In this document: positions 63,932 to 64,000 of the stretch, piece after piece | Position numbering within the stretch: the stretch's first letter is position 1 | Layout of the letters: each line of letters opens with the position of its first letter | Assembly (NCBI RefSeq): GCF_018350175.1 | Contig: NC_058368.1 | Coordinates: 122,948,001-123,012,000, forward strand | DNA length: 64,000 bases | Direction of reading: 5' to 3' | Source: Felis catus | Taxonomy: Eukaryota | Position numbers and translations under genes: made by a program | The notes under the pieces: model-generated | Databases searched by the model: none | Seen by the model: only the letters and a program-made list of their open reading frames with translations | Told to the model about the DNA's origin: nothing

Positions 63932-64000
63932 ATCTTGTTAGATCAAGTACTAGTCTCATTCAGGCTATCAGAATTTAGCCTTTTACAGCCATATCTTCTC

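Noticed and set aside
1..64000. Neighbouring genes expected from human synteny (JAKMIP2, SCGB3A2) or a second Kazal gene
   Set aside because: I found no recognisable exons by eye; they probably lie outside the window, though small exons could have been missed.

Overview
Mammalian (carnivore, almost certainly felid) genomic DNA, judged from ~45 tRNA-derived CAN-SINEs including young feliform-type copies. It also carries L1, L2/MIR, MaLR/ERV LTR and hAT DNA-transposon remnants. One protein-coding gene is supported, and the ORF track misses it: an intact four-exon SPINK1 (pancreatic secretory trypsin inhibitor, Kazal type) on the minus strand. Its CDS exons are 39344-39398, 38260-38291, 36665-36771 and 32796-32841 (55+32+107+46 = 240 nt), encoding [79 protein letters not shown]. 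The most unusual structure lies 1.3-4.4 kb past the SPINK1 polyA signal and points towards it. It is a truncated ERV1-like provirus (5' LTR plus PBS plus leader only). Its leader has expanded into a ~42-copy, 40/44/45-bp minisatellite rich in splice donors and palindromes, followed by a ~650-bp CpG island with GC boxes and a second, degenerate 40-bp repeat, then a CTCF-like site. Other observations include a duplicated HNF1 half-site in the SPINK1 promoter, Ser34 and Ser55 in the protein (matching the human N34S and P55S variants), and a ~65-bp dispersed duplicate. Repeat family names are by recognition and their coordinates are approximate; no searches were run.
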